The notes below the pieces were generated by a model, which did no database searches, had not been told where the DNA came from, and worked only from the letters and a program-made list of their open reading frames with translations. From an uncultured Actinomycetota bacterium (GTDB lineage Bacteria > Actinomycetota > Actinomycetes > JAHEKZ01), in assembly GCA_963824605.1 (NCBI GenBank), contig CAWGPZ010000006.1:72673-136672 (forward strand): a DNA stretch of 64,000 nt, given 5' to 3'. The first letter of the stretch is position 1. Each line of letters starts with the position of its first letter. This document shows, piece after piece, positions 38,957-47,598 of the stretch. Made by a program: the position numbers and the translations under genes.

Positions 38957-39712
38957 TCAGATCACTCCGATCTGCTTGAAGATCTCAACGACGGCGGGAG
39001 CAGCATCGGGCCCGTTGCCCAGCACCTGCGCCTGCTTCGCCTTCATCGCCGGAACCTCGAGGCGGGTCTTCTCGAGCTTTGGCTCTGGTCGCTCGGGGTT
39101 CAACCGCTCGATCGGCTTCTTCTTGGCGCGGATGCGTCCTGGCACCGATGGGTACCGCGGAATGTTGAGCCCGTCGAGCACCGTCACCACCGCCGGCAGC
39201 GGTACCTCATACAGCTCGCGACCGGTCTTCACCGGACGCTCGAAGGTCGCCTTGCCGTCGGCGATCGTGATGCCCTTCACCCCGGTGGCGATCGGACGTC
39301 CGAGCTTGTGCGCGACGCGGATACCCACCTGGTAGCCGCTGGCGTCGGCCGACTCGTTGCCCATGATGATGAGGTCGAAGTCGGTCTCGTCGGCAGTGAT
39401 GGCATCGGCGATCGCGGACGCGGTGCCCTGCGGGTCCCACTCCTGCCCGTCGGTCTCGATCAGGATTCCGCGGTCGGCACCGATCGCCATCTGCTCGCGG
39501 ATCTGCTCCTCGGCGTCCGGAGGGCCGAGCGTCAGCACCGTGACGCTGCCGCCCTCCTTCTCGGCGATACGAACCGCCTCTTCGACGGCCACCTCTTCGT
39601 GGGGGCTGATCGTGAAGCCGAGCTTGGCCGACTCGATGTCGAGACCGTCCTCGGTGATCGTGAACTTGCCCCCGGAGAGGGGGACGCGTTTGATGCAGAC
39701 CAAGACATCCAT
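38957..39712 (-). CDS. etfB: Electron transfer flavoprotein subunit beta
   Basis: 251-aa ORF starting MDVLVCIKRVP.. with AEEQIREQMAIGADRGIL. It lies immediately upstream of etfA. Confidence 0.9.
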   Translation of the reverse strand: MDVLVCIKRVPLSGGKFTITEDGLDIESAKLGFTISPHEEVAVEEAVRIAEKEGGSVTVLTLGPPDAEEQIREQMAIGADRGILIETDGQEWDPQGTASAIADAITADETDFDLIIMGNESADASGYQVGIRVAHKLGRPIATGVKGITIADGKATFERPVKTGRELYEVPLPAVVTVLDGLNIPRYPSVPGRIRAKKKPIERLNPERPEPKLEKTRLEVPAMKAKQAQVLGNGPDAAPAVVEIFKQIGVI

Positions 39713-42231
39713 CAGGAGAGAATCCGCTCGTTCTTGGGGTCGAATAGGGGAGTGGCGCCGGCGACGGCGACGGTGACCGGGTAGTGGTCGCCGAGGTACT
39801 CGACGATCAGCTTGGTGCCCTCGACGGCGTACTCCGGCGGCAGGTAGCTCATGAGCACGTGCTTGCCGACGGACGGCGCTGAGCCGGCGCTGGTGACGAA
39901 CGACCGGCGTCCGTGCGCATCAGTGATCGGCCCCTTGTCGAGCGTGAGGATCGGCTCCTTGCCCATCATGTAGCGCTTTTCGCCGGTGCTGCTGGTGTGG
40001 TCGTCGACGGTCAGCGAGCACAGCGTGGCCACGGGGTCTTCGCTGCGGTGCTTGAGGTGCGACGCCTTGCCGACGAAGTCGGCCTCCTTGACCTTGGGCG
40101 GTGCCATACCGGCCTCGACGACGTTGAACTCGGTCTCGAGCTCTGTGCCGAAGGCTCGGTAGCCCTTCTCGATGCGGCCGGTCGTGCCGTAGACACCGAT
40201 GCCGACGGGGATCAGCCCGTGCTCCTGGCCGGCTTCCCACAGCGCATCCCACAGCTGCGCGCCCTGCTCCATCGGGACGTAGAGCTCCCAGCCGAGGTCT
40301 CCGACGTAGGAGATGCGGGACGCCAGCACCTTCAGCGAGCCGATCTCGATCGACTTGCAGGTGCCGAACTTGAACCCTTCGTGCGAGACGTCGTCGCGAG
40401 TGATCGACTCGAGGATCTGGCGAGCATTCGGACCCCAGATGCCGAGCGTGGTGAGCGCCGACGTCAGATCGGTGATCTGTGCCGTGCCGTCTTCTGGAAG
40501 GTTGTCGCGGAACCACTTGAGGTCGGCCATGCCGTGTGCGCCACCGGTGACGACGCGGTAGTGGTCATGGGCGAGACGCATGACGGTGAGGTCAGACTTG
40601 AAGCCACCGTTGTCCGACAGCACCGGGGTGTAGACGACGCGACCGATGGGAACATCCATCTGACGCATGCAGACGCGCTGCACCGTGTCGAGCGCACCGG
40701 GGCCCTGGATGTCGAACTCGACGAACGCGGTGAGGTCGACGAGGCCGGCCGTCTCGCGCATCTGCAGGTGCTCAGCATTGATGATCGGCGACCACCAGCG
40801 CGACTCCCACTCCGCCGTACGCGGCATGACGGCGTCACCGAACTTCTCGACCAGGCCCGCGTTGGTCTCGTACCAGAAGGGACGCTCCCAGCCGGCGGTC
40901 TCGTAGAACTCCGCGCCGAGCGCCTTCTGACGCTCGTAGTACGGCGACAGGCGCACGTTGCGGTTGGACGCCCACTGCTCGTTCGGGTGCACGATGCCGT
41001 AGGTCTTGTTGAAGCCCTCGGCGGTGCGGTCCTTGATGTTCTTGCGGGTCTTCTGGTGGTCGTAGAAGCGGGCGATGTCGGACGACTGCAGGTCGATCTC
41101 GGACTCGCCGCGCACCATCCACTCGGACACGGCCTTGCCGATACCGGGGCCTTCCTTGATCCAGACGGCGGAGACCGACCAGAGGTTCTTGACCTCGGGC
41201 GTCTCGCCGAGCAGCGGCAGGCCATCAGGCGTGAGCGACAGCAGGCCGTTGATCGCGTACTTCTGACCAACGGTCTCGTCGCCGACGATCTCTGGCATCA
41301 GCTCGAGGGCGTGCTCGTACTGCAGCTCGAAGTCTTCAGCGGTGAACGGGAACTCGGTCGGTGACAGCTGTGCCTCTTCGACCGAGGGAAGCTCTTCGGG
41401 GTCGTGCAGGATCGGGCGGTGGGCGTACGACCCGATCTCAAGGCCGTTGCCGTGCTGGCGCTCGTACATGTTGGTGTCCATGTCGCGCACGATCGGGTGC
41501 TCGATGTCGCCCTTGGCGTCGGCGAAGCGTGGAACCGGACCGACGTCGATCATCTGGTGCACGGCCGGTGTCAACGGAATGTTCGCGCCGGCCATCTTGG
41601 CCAGACGCGGTCCCCAGAGGCCCGTCGCGATGACGACGTACTCGGCCTCGATGGTGCCCTTGTCGGTCTCGACGGCGGTGATCTGCCCGTCGTTGACGAC
41701 CATGTCGGTGACCTCGGTGTTGGCGAAGGTCTGGAGCGCGCCCATCTCTTGCGCCCTCTCGCGCATGATCGTGCCCGCGCGCAGCGAGTCGACGACGCCG
41801 ACGCCGGGGGTGTAGAAGCCGCCGAGGATGACGTCCGGGTCCATGTAGGGGACGAGCTCAATGCACTCGGCGGGCGTGAGCATCTTGCAGCCGTCGATGC
41901 CGAATGACTTGGCCGACTGCATGCGTCGCCACAGCTCCTGCATGCGCTCCTCGGTGCGAGCAACCTCGATGCCGCCGCACTCGGTGAAGACGCCCATCTC
42001 CTGGTACTGGTGCACGCTGTCGAACGTGAGCAGCGCCATCTCCTTGGAGTGGTCCACCGGGAAGATGAAGTTGGACGCGTGCCCTGTCGAACCACCCGGG
42101 TTCGGCAGCGGGCCCTTGTCGATCTGCACCAGGTCGGTCCAGCCGAGCCGGGCGAGGTGGTACACCATCGCGTTGCCAACGATCCCGGCACCGATGATGA
42201 CGGCCTTGGCTCGTGAGGGGAGGGTGCTCAT
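39712..42231 (-). CDS. Dimethylglycine (or sarcosine) dehydrogenase/oxidase-type enzyme: FAD DAO domain fused to GcvT folate-binding aminomethyltransferase domain
   Basis: 839-aa ORF with the N-terminal AVIIGAGIVGNAMVYHLARLG. The C-terminal half is GcvT-like (ETAGLVDLTAF..YVGDLGWELY). Its stop and the etfB start share nucleotide 39712. Confidence 0.8.
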   Translation of the reverse strand: MSTLPSRAKAVIIGAGIVGNAMVYHLARLGWTDLVQIDKGPLPNPGGSTGHASNFIFPVDHSKEMALLTFDSVHQYQEMGVFTECGGIEVARTEERMQELWRRMQSAKSFGIDGCKMLTPAECIELVPYMDPDVILGGFYTPGVGVVDSLRAGTIMRERAQEMGALQTFANTEVTDMVVNDGQITAVETDKGTIEAEYVVIATGLWGPRLAKMAGANIPLTPAVHQMIDVGPVPRFADAKGDIEHPIVRDMDTNMYERQHGNGLEIGSYAHRPILHDPEELPSVEEAQLSPTEFPFTAEDFELQYEHALELMPEIVGDETVGQKYAINGLLSLTPDGLPLLGETPEVKNLWSVSAVWIKEGPGIGKAVSEWMVRGESEIDLQSSDIARFYDHQKTRKNIKDRTAEGFNKTYGIVHPNEQWASNRNVRLSPYYERQKALGAEFYETAGWERPFWYETNAGLVEKFGDAVMPRTAEWESRWWSPIINAEHLQMRETAGLVDLTAFVEFDIQGPGALDTVQRVCMRQMDVPIGRVVYTPVLSDNGGFKSDLTVMRLAHDHYRVVTGGAHGMADLKWFRDNLPEDGTAQITDLTSALTTLGIWGPNARQILESITRDDVSHEGFKFGTCKSIEIGSLKVLASRISYVGDLGWELYVPMEQGAQLWDALWEAGQEHGLIPVGIGVYGTTGRIEKGYRAFGTELETEFNVVEAGMAPPKVKEADFVGKASHLKHRSEDPVATLCSLTVDDHTSSTGEKRYMMGKEPILTLDKGPITDAHGRRSFVTSAGSAPSVGKHVLMSYLPPEYAVEGTKLIVEYLGDHYPVTVAVAGATPLFDPKNERILS

Positions 42232-42279
42232 GTCGGCGTCCCTTTCGTGGTTCTCTTCGGTTGCGGTGGACAGGTCTGC

Positions 42280-42942
42280 TTACAGCGACCGGCGGATCGA
42301 CCCTTCGAATCCGTCGACGTGGGTTTGCATGGCACTAGCGGCGCGGTCGGCGTCGCCGTCTCGGATGGCCTCGAGGATCGCGCGGTGCTCAAGGACAGCG
42401 TCCTCGAGGTGGCTCACCTTGTCGAGTGCCAGGAACCAGATACGCAGTGCGTGCATGTACTGCGCATCGAGTGCCGACTCGAGGAAGGCGTTGTGCGCCG
42501 CGTGATAGACGAAGCGGTGAATGCGCTGGTCGATCTCGATGAGTCGACGTCCCGCAGGCTTGACACTGACGGCGGCCAGCTCGTCGAAGAGGGCCTCCAT
42601 CTCGACGCGGTCGCCGTCAGTCAGGCGCTCGGCGGCCAAGCGAGCGGCGAAGGGCTCAAGGACGCAGCGCACCTCGGACAGCGACGCCAGGTCACGCGCG
42701 TCAGCCGGGGCGACGAACATGCCGCGACGTGGGTAGACCTCGACCAGATGGGCCTGGGCGAGTGCTCTGAGCGCTTCGCGCACCGGCGTGCGGCCGAGCC
42801 CGAGCCGATCCATGAGCTCGCGCTCGTCGACGAGGCTGCCTGGGGGGAGCTCGAGGGTGACGATCAGCTCGCGCACGGCGTAGTACGCCTGCTCGGACTG
42901 GGAGCGGGCGTCAGGCTGAAGGATCTCGACCGGTGAGGTCAC
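42280..42942 (-). CDS. GntR family (FadR/FCD subfamily) transcriptional regulator
   Basis: 220-aa ORF with a winged HTH (LPPGSLVDERELMDRLGLGRTPVREAL) and an FCD-type helical C-terminal domain. Confidence 0.85.
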   Translation of the reverse strand: MTSPVEILQPDARSQSEQAYYAVRELIVTLELPPGSLVDERELMDRLGLGRTPVREALRALAQAHLVEVYPRRGMFVAPADARDLASLSEVRCVLEPFAARLAAERLTDGDRVEMEALFDELAAVSVKPAGRRLIEIDQRIHRFVYHAAHNAFLESALDAQYMHALRIWFLALDKVSHLEDAVLEHRAILEAIRDGDADRAASAMQTHVDGFEGSIRRSL

Positions 42943-42993
42943 CTGAAAGATATATCAATCTCGCTGGCCTGTGTATACCCCTTGGCCAGACCG

Positions 42994-43008
42994 TTCCACA
43001 AGGTGGAA
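42994..43008. promoter_or_regulatory. Palindromic candidate operator TTCCAC-AAG-GTGGAA upstream of gntR-dmgdh-etfBA
   Basis: A perfect 6+6 palindrome lies about 50 bp upstream of the gntR start. The same half-sites recur in the iclR/mttB spacer. A nearby second inverted repeat is CTGGCC-N14-GGCCAG (42964..42989). Confidence 0.35.
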
Positions 43009-43051
43009 GCAGCGTCACTCGCCCGACATCCGGCCGGGGCGTCGCGGAAGG

Positions 43052-45121
43052 CTAGAACTCGGAGGCGACTGCCGCCGTTTCGGCCGCCTTCTTGGCGCGG
43101 TGCTGCTGGATCCACGCAGCACCCCACTCGTCGTGACCGAGCATCAGGTCGGCGCCCTTGACGGCCGTGACCACCTGCGGCGTGCGGGCGTCCATGATCG
43201 CGCTGGTCAGCCCAGCACGCATGGCCATGGGAATGAAGACCGCGTTCAGCGTGTGCCGGTCGGGCATGCCGAACGAGACGTTGGACGCGCCAAGGGTCAT
43301 GTTGACGCCGACCTGGTCGCGGATCATCGAGATCGCTTCCATGGTGCGGTCGGCGTGCAGCGAGTCGGCGCCGATCGGCATGGCCAGCGGGTCGATGACG
43401 ATGTCTTCGAGTGGGATGCCGTACTTCGATGTCGCGATGTCGACGAACCTCTTGACCAGCTCGACGCGGCGCACCGGGTCGATAGGGATCTCGGTCTCGT
43501 CGTTGGGCAGCGCGATGATCGCCGCGTTGTGGCGTTTGACCAGCGGCAGGATCAGCTCCATGCGGTCGTCCTCGACGGTGACGGAGTTGACCAGCGCCTT
43601 GCCCTCGTAGGCACCGAGTCCGGCCTCCAGCGCTTCGACCACGGACGAGTCGATGCAGAGCGGCAAGTCGGTGAGCGACTGCACGAGCGTGACGGCCTTT
43701 GCGAGCAGCTCGGCCTCATCGGTGAGCGGAACGCCCATGTTGACGTCGAGCACCATCGCGCCGCCGGCCACCTGCGCAGCAACGTCGGTCTCGACGGCCG
43801 AAAGATCTCCGGCCCGCAGCTGCTCTTGGAACGCCTTGCGCCCGGTGGGATTGATGCGCTCGCCGATGATGCAGAAAGGCTGGTCATCGCCGATGATGAC
43901 CTGCTTGCTGGCTGAGCTGAGAACCGTCTGCATGATGCTCCTGTTTCTCCATGTGTGCCGACGCTGACGCGATGGCACGTATCGTGCCGCGAACTTATCG
44001 ACGCGGCGAGTGGAAGGGTGTCTCGAGGGGCCCTCGTACTCGACGAGGGACAGTTCAGGGTCGGTGTCGTCGGGGGCTTCGAGGGTTTCTCCCTGCCAGC
44101 CCGCAGGGGTCCTGCGGTCGCGGCCGGTGAAGAGGTTCGTCCAGGACGCGTCGCCCTCCAGCTGGTTGTTCACCGGAGGGCGAAGATCGTGGATGTGCTC
44201 GCGCCACGACCGGGGGAGCAGCGGCAGCGTTCGGCTTCGCTCTTCTGCTTTGACCCAGACGCACCGCATCTCGGGGACGACCTCGCAGTGGCCGTTCTCG
44301 CGAACGCCGCCGCACGGACCGTTGCGCAGGGTCTTCGGGCAGGTCATCGGGCAGGTCATGCCGGTTGAGTGCAGGACACACTGCCCGCACATGCGGCAGT
44401 CCCACACCGGACCCTTGATGGCGTGCTCGATGACGGGCAGCAGCTTGGGCATGACGTCAGGCGCGGTGAGTGCGCGGCGGTTTTCGAGGAGTTCTTTGGC
44501 GCGGCGGACCGCGGTTGACGCGTCAGCTGCGTACCCATCAGCACCCACCGCGTCGGCGTACTCCTGAGTGACCGGAGCACCACCCACCATCACGATCACC
44601 TGATCGCGCACCCCAGCCTTCTCCAACGCATTGATGTTCGCCTTGAACATCGGCATCGTCGTGGTCAAGAACGCCGAGAACCCGACAATGTCCGGGGAAT
44701 GCTCCTCGATCGCGGCGACGAACTTCTCCGGAGCCACCTGCACCCCCAGATCAATCACCTCAAACCCCGCACCCTCCAACATGATGTTCACCAAGTTCTT
44801 CCCGATGTCATGCACATCACCCTTGACCGTGCCCATCAAGAACTTGCCCACCGTCTCAGCACCGGTCGCCGCCAACAACGGCCGCAACACCTCCAACGCC
44901 CCCGACATCGCCCGACCAGCGATCAACATCTCCGGCACGAAGAAGTCACCCCGCTCGAACCGGGCACCCACCTCCTCCAACGACGGAATCAACGCCTCGA
45001 ACAACAACGTCTCAGGACCCATCCCCAACCCAAGACCATCATTGGTCAACTCCAACACCGCCGGCGCATTACCCACCAACGTCTCGTCGAACAACCCCTT
45101 CAAAATCTCCTCAGGCGTCAT
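43052..45121 (-). CDS. Multidomain corrinoid methyl-transfer protein: B12-binding corrinoid module + Cys-rich MTHFR_C-like module + pterin-binding (methyl-THF:corrinoid methyltransferase, MtgA/AcsE-like) module
   Basis: 689-aa ORF. Residues 1-215 are cap helices plus a Rossmann fold with the DxHxxG motif (GDVHDIGKN) and GFSAFLTTT. Residues 225-335 read WDCRMCGQCV..GMTCPMTCPK..NGPCGG..HCEV. Residues 397-689 are pterin-binding: CIIGERINPTGRK, VLDVNMG and MTLGASNVSFGMP. Confidence 0.8.
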   Translation of the reverse strand: MTPEEILKGLFDETLVGNAPAVLELTNDGLGLGMGPETLLFEALIPSLEEVGARFERGDFFVPEMLIAGRAMSGALEVLRPLLAATGAETVGKFLMGTVKGDVHDIGKNLVNIMLEGAGFEVIDLGVQVAPEKFVAAIEEHSPDIVGFSAFLTTTMPMFKANINALEKAGVRDQVIVMVGGAPVTQEYADAVGADGYAADASTAVRRAKELLENRRALTAPDVMPKLLPVIEHAIKGPVWDCRMCGQCVLHSTGMTCPMTCPKTLRNGPCGGVRENGHCEVVPEMRCVWVKAEERSRTLPLLPRSWREHIHDLRPPVNNQLEGDASWTNLFTGRDRRTPAGWQGETLEAPDDTDPELSLVEYEGPSRHPSTRRVDKFAARYVPSRQRRHTWRNRSIMQTVLSSASKQVIIGDDQPFCIIGERINPTGRKAFQEQLRAGDLSAVETDVAAQVAGGAMVLDVNMGVPLTDEAELLAKAVTLVQSLTDLPLCIDSSVVEALEAGLGAYEGKALVNSVTVEDDRMELILPLVKRHNAAIIALPNDETEIPIDPVRRVELVKRFVDIATSKYGIPLEDIVIDPLAMPIGADSLHADRTMEAISMIRDQVGVNMTLGASNVSFGMPDRHTLNAVFIPMAMRAGLTSAIMDARTPQVVTAVKGADLMLGHDEWGAAWIQQHRAKKAAETAAVASEF

Positions 45122-45894
45122 GCCACGACCACCTTCCGGTTGCGGGGGCGTTCTGCTGGGTCGAGCGCGCGCGAGATGGCGCGGGTCTCAGTGATGATCA
45201 GACGCCCCACCCCGGCAATGCGGTTGCCGGTGAGGCGGACCGAGGGGCCGGTGACCGCAATGGCCGCCACCACAGTTCCTTCGGCGTCAGTGATGGGAGC
45301 AGCCACGGCCATCAGACCGGGCTCGAGCTCGTTGTCGGCAACGGCATATCCGCGACGCCGCACGCCCTCGAGGTCGGCCTCGAGGCGTTCGCGTGTCGTG
45401 ATCGTTCGGTCGGTACGTCGATCCAGACGTCCACGGGGCATCTGAACGGCGCCGTAGGCAAGGAACACCTTGCCGAGGGCCGAGCAGTGGAACGGGACGT
45501 CGCGTCCGACCCAGTTGGTGGCACCGAGAAGGAACCGGGAGTCGACCTGAGCGATCTGGTCGACCGCGACGGGGCCGGGAACCGCAAGGTTGACCGTCTC
45601 GCCCGTGAGCTCGCCGAGACGAGCCAGGTGCGGCTGGGCCAGCCGAAGCAGTGCGTCAGAACGCCCCGATCCCGCGTACCGAGCGAGCACCGGGCCCGGT
45701 CGAACCGCCGAGTCGCTGCCGCGTCGCACAAGCCCGTGACGCTCGAGGCTCGTGAGGATGCGGGACGCCGTGCTCTTGGGAAGCTCAGCGGTGGCTGCCA
45801 GCTCAGCGAAAGGCACAGGGTGATCGGCTTGGAGGACGGTGACCAGCAGGGTCGACGCCCGGTCGACGGCCTGCGTACCGGTGGGAGGAGCCAT
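45118..45894 (-). CDS. IclR family transcriptional regulator
   Basis: 258-aa ORF with an HTH (FAELAATAELPKSTASRILTSLERHGLV) and an IclR effector domain. Its stop overlaps the start of the corrinoid gene (ATGA). Confidence 0.85.
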   Translation of the reverse strand: MAPPTGTQAVDRASTLLVTVLQADHPVPFAELAATAELPKSTASRILTSLERHGLVRRGSDSAVRPGPVLARYAGSGRSDALLRLAQPHLARLGELTGETVNLAVPGPVAVDQIAQVDSRFLLGATNWVGRDVPFHCSALGKVFLAYGAVQMPRGRLDRRTDRTITTRERLEADLEGVRRRGYAVADNELEPGLMAVAAPITDAEGTVVAAIAVTGPSVRLTGNRIAGVGRLIITETRAISRALDPAERPRNRKVVVA

Positions 45895-45975
45895 TGGGTT
45901 CCTGTTCTGGGGCTGACGGATACTGGTGCGCTGACGGGGTGGTGGCGTGAGGCGCCTGCTTCGGCGCCGAGAAAC

Positions 45976-46032
45976 GGAACACGATGTTCTACTATGTGGA
46001 ACTCAGATTCCACGCTGCGATAGTAGGATTCC
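45976..46032. promoter_or_regulatory. Array of GGAAC/GTTCC-type half-sites including palindromes TTCTAC-TAT-GTGGAA and GTGGAA-CTCAGA-TTCCAC (iclR/mttB divergent control region)
   Basis: Read directly from the sequence: GGAAC acgat GTTCT ac tat GTGGAAC tcaga TTCCAC ... GGATTCC. The half-sites are spaced about 10-12 bp apart and resemble the classical IclR box TGGAAA-N-TTTCCA. Confidence 0.4.
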
Positions 46033-46089
46033 GACTCCGAGCGGTCAAGTGACCGCGCGAAATCGCACGGATGCCTGGAGGGTGCGCCG

Positions 46090-47530
46090 ATGTTCGTCAA
46101 CCGCATGCCGCGTTACGAGGTCCTGTCCGAGGACTCGATGGCCACCTTGGATCGCGGATGGCGACGCATCGTCAGTGAGATCGGCGTCGAGTTCATGAAG
46201 CCCGAGGCGCTCGACCTCTTTCGCGAGGCTGGTCAGAAGGTCGAGGGGGACAACGTCTTCTTCGACCCCGAGTGGGTGCTGGCCCAGGTGGCGAAGGCTC
46301 CGCGCGAGTTCGACATCCAGGCCCGCAACCCCGAGAACAACGTCCACATCGGTGGCGACCACATGGTGTTCTCCAGCGTCTACGGACCACCGTTCGTGCG
46401 CGAAGGCGCGGTGCGCCGCGAGGGCACCTTTGACGACTACCGCAACTTCGCCAAGCTGGCCCAGTCGTTCAGCGCCATCGACAGCGTCGGGGGAGTGGTC
46501 GCCGAGCCGAACGACACGCCGCTCGACTCCAGGCACCTCGACATGCTCTACGCGACGCTGACCCTCACCGACAAGATGTACATGGGAAACGTGGTCAGCG
46601 GGGTGAACGCCCGCGACACGATCGCCATGGGAGAGATCGTCTTCGGTGGCCGAGAGGCGCTCGAGCAGACGCCGGCCAGCATCTCGCTGATCAACTGCAA
46701 CTCACCCTTGCGGTGGGACGACCGCATGTTGGACGCGCAGTTCGAGTACTCCGCTGCCTTGCAGCCGGTTGTGCTGACTCCGTTCCTGCTGATGGGTGCC
46801 ATGTCGCCGGTCACGATCCCTTCCGCCCTGGCACAGCAGATCGCTGAGGCTCTGACGGGTATCGCGCTCTCACAGCTGATCCGGCCAGGGTCGCCGGTCG
46901 TGTTCGGATCGTTCCTCTCGAACATCGACATGCAGTCGGGCTCCCCGCAGTTCGGAACTCCCGAGTCGGCCATGGGCTTGCTGTGCACCGGTCAGATCGC
47001 CCGCCACTTCGGACTCCCCTTCCGCGGTGGGGGTGGCCTGAACTCGTCGCAGATGCCCGATGCGCAGGCGGCGTGGGAGGCGCTCATGACGATGATGCCC
47101 ACGTTCTTGTCGGGCACGAACTTCGTGATGCACACCGCCGGCTGGCTCGAAGGCGGGCTCGTCTCGTGCTTCGAGAAGTACGTCATGGACGTCCAGGTGC
47201 TCGAGATCCTGCAGAAGGAGTTCACGCCGCTCGAGATCACCGACGAAGACCTCGCCTTCGACGCCCACCAAGAAGTCGGGACACGGCGGGCACTTCCTCG
47301 GCGCCATGCACACGATGGAACGCTTCCGCACCTGCTTCTACCGGCCGTGGCTGTCGTCGTCGGACAACTTCGAGCGGTGGAACAAGAACGGCGCCAAAGA
47401 CACAGCGGCCAGGGCGAACGAGATCTACCACCAGAAGATCGACGAGTACGAGCAGCCGCCACTCGACGAGGCCATCCGCCAAGAGCTCGAGGACTACGTC
47501 ATCAGGCGACGCGCCGAGCTCGGCGACTAG
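46090..47530 (+). pseudogene. MttB-superfamily (non-pyrrolysine) quaternary-amine:corrinoid methyltransferase, probable glycine betaine type, with 1-nt frame disruption at about 47281
   Basis: ORF 46090..47595 is MttB-like up to ..DLAFDAHQEVG and then becomes Arg-rich nonsense. ORF 47306..47530 (MHTMERFRTCFYRPWLSSSDNFERW..) supplies the conserved C-terminus. Removing one base in GGGACACGG restores EVGHGGHFLGAMHTMERF. There is no in-frame TAG. Confidence 0.85.
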
Positions 47531-47539
47531 ACCCCACAA

Positions 47540-47581
47540 CGCGGAAGTTCCCTGGGGCTATAGCCCCAGGGAACTTCCGCG
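47540..47581. terminator. Bidirectional stem-loop terminator between convergent mttB and betaine-binding protein genes
   Basis: Perfect 19-bp inverted repeat, CGCGGAAGTTCCCTGGGGC-tata-GCCCCAGGGAACTTCCGCG. Confidence 0.75.
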
Positions 47582-47598
47582 TGACGAACTGCTGACGG

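Noticed and set aside
46090-47530. Possibility of an in-frame amber (pyrrolysine) codon in the MttB-family gene.
   Set aside because: No in-frame TAG occurs in either part of the gene. The interruption is a frame change, not a stop. No pyl genes are visible in the window.
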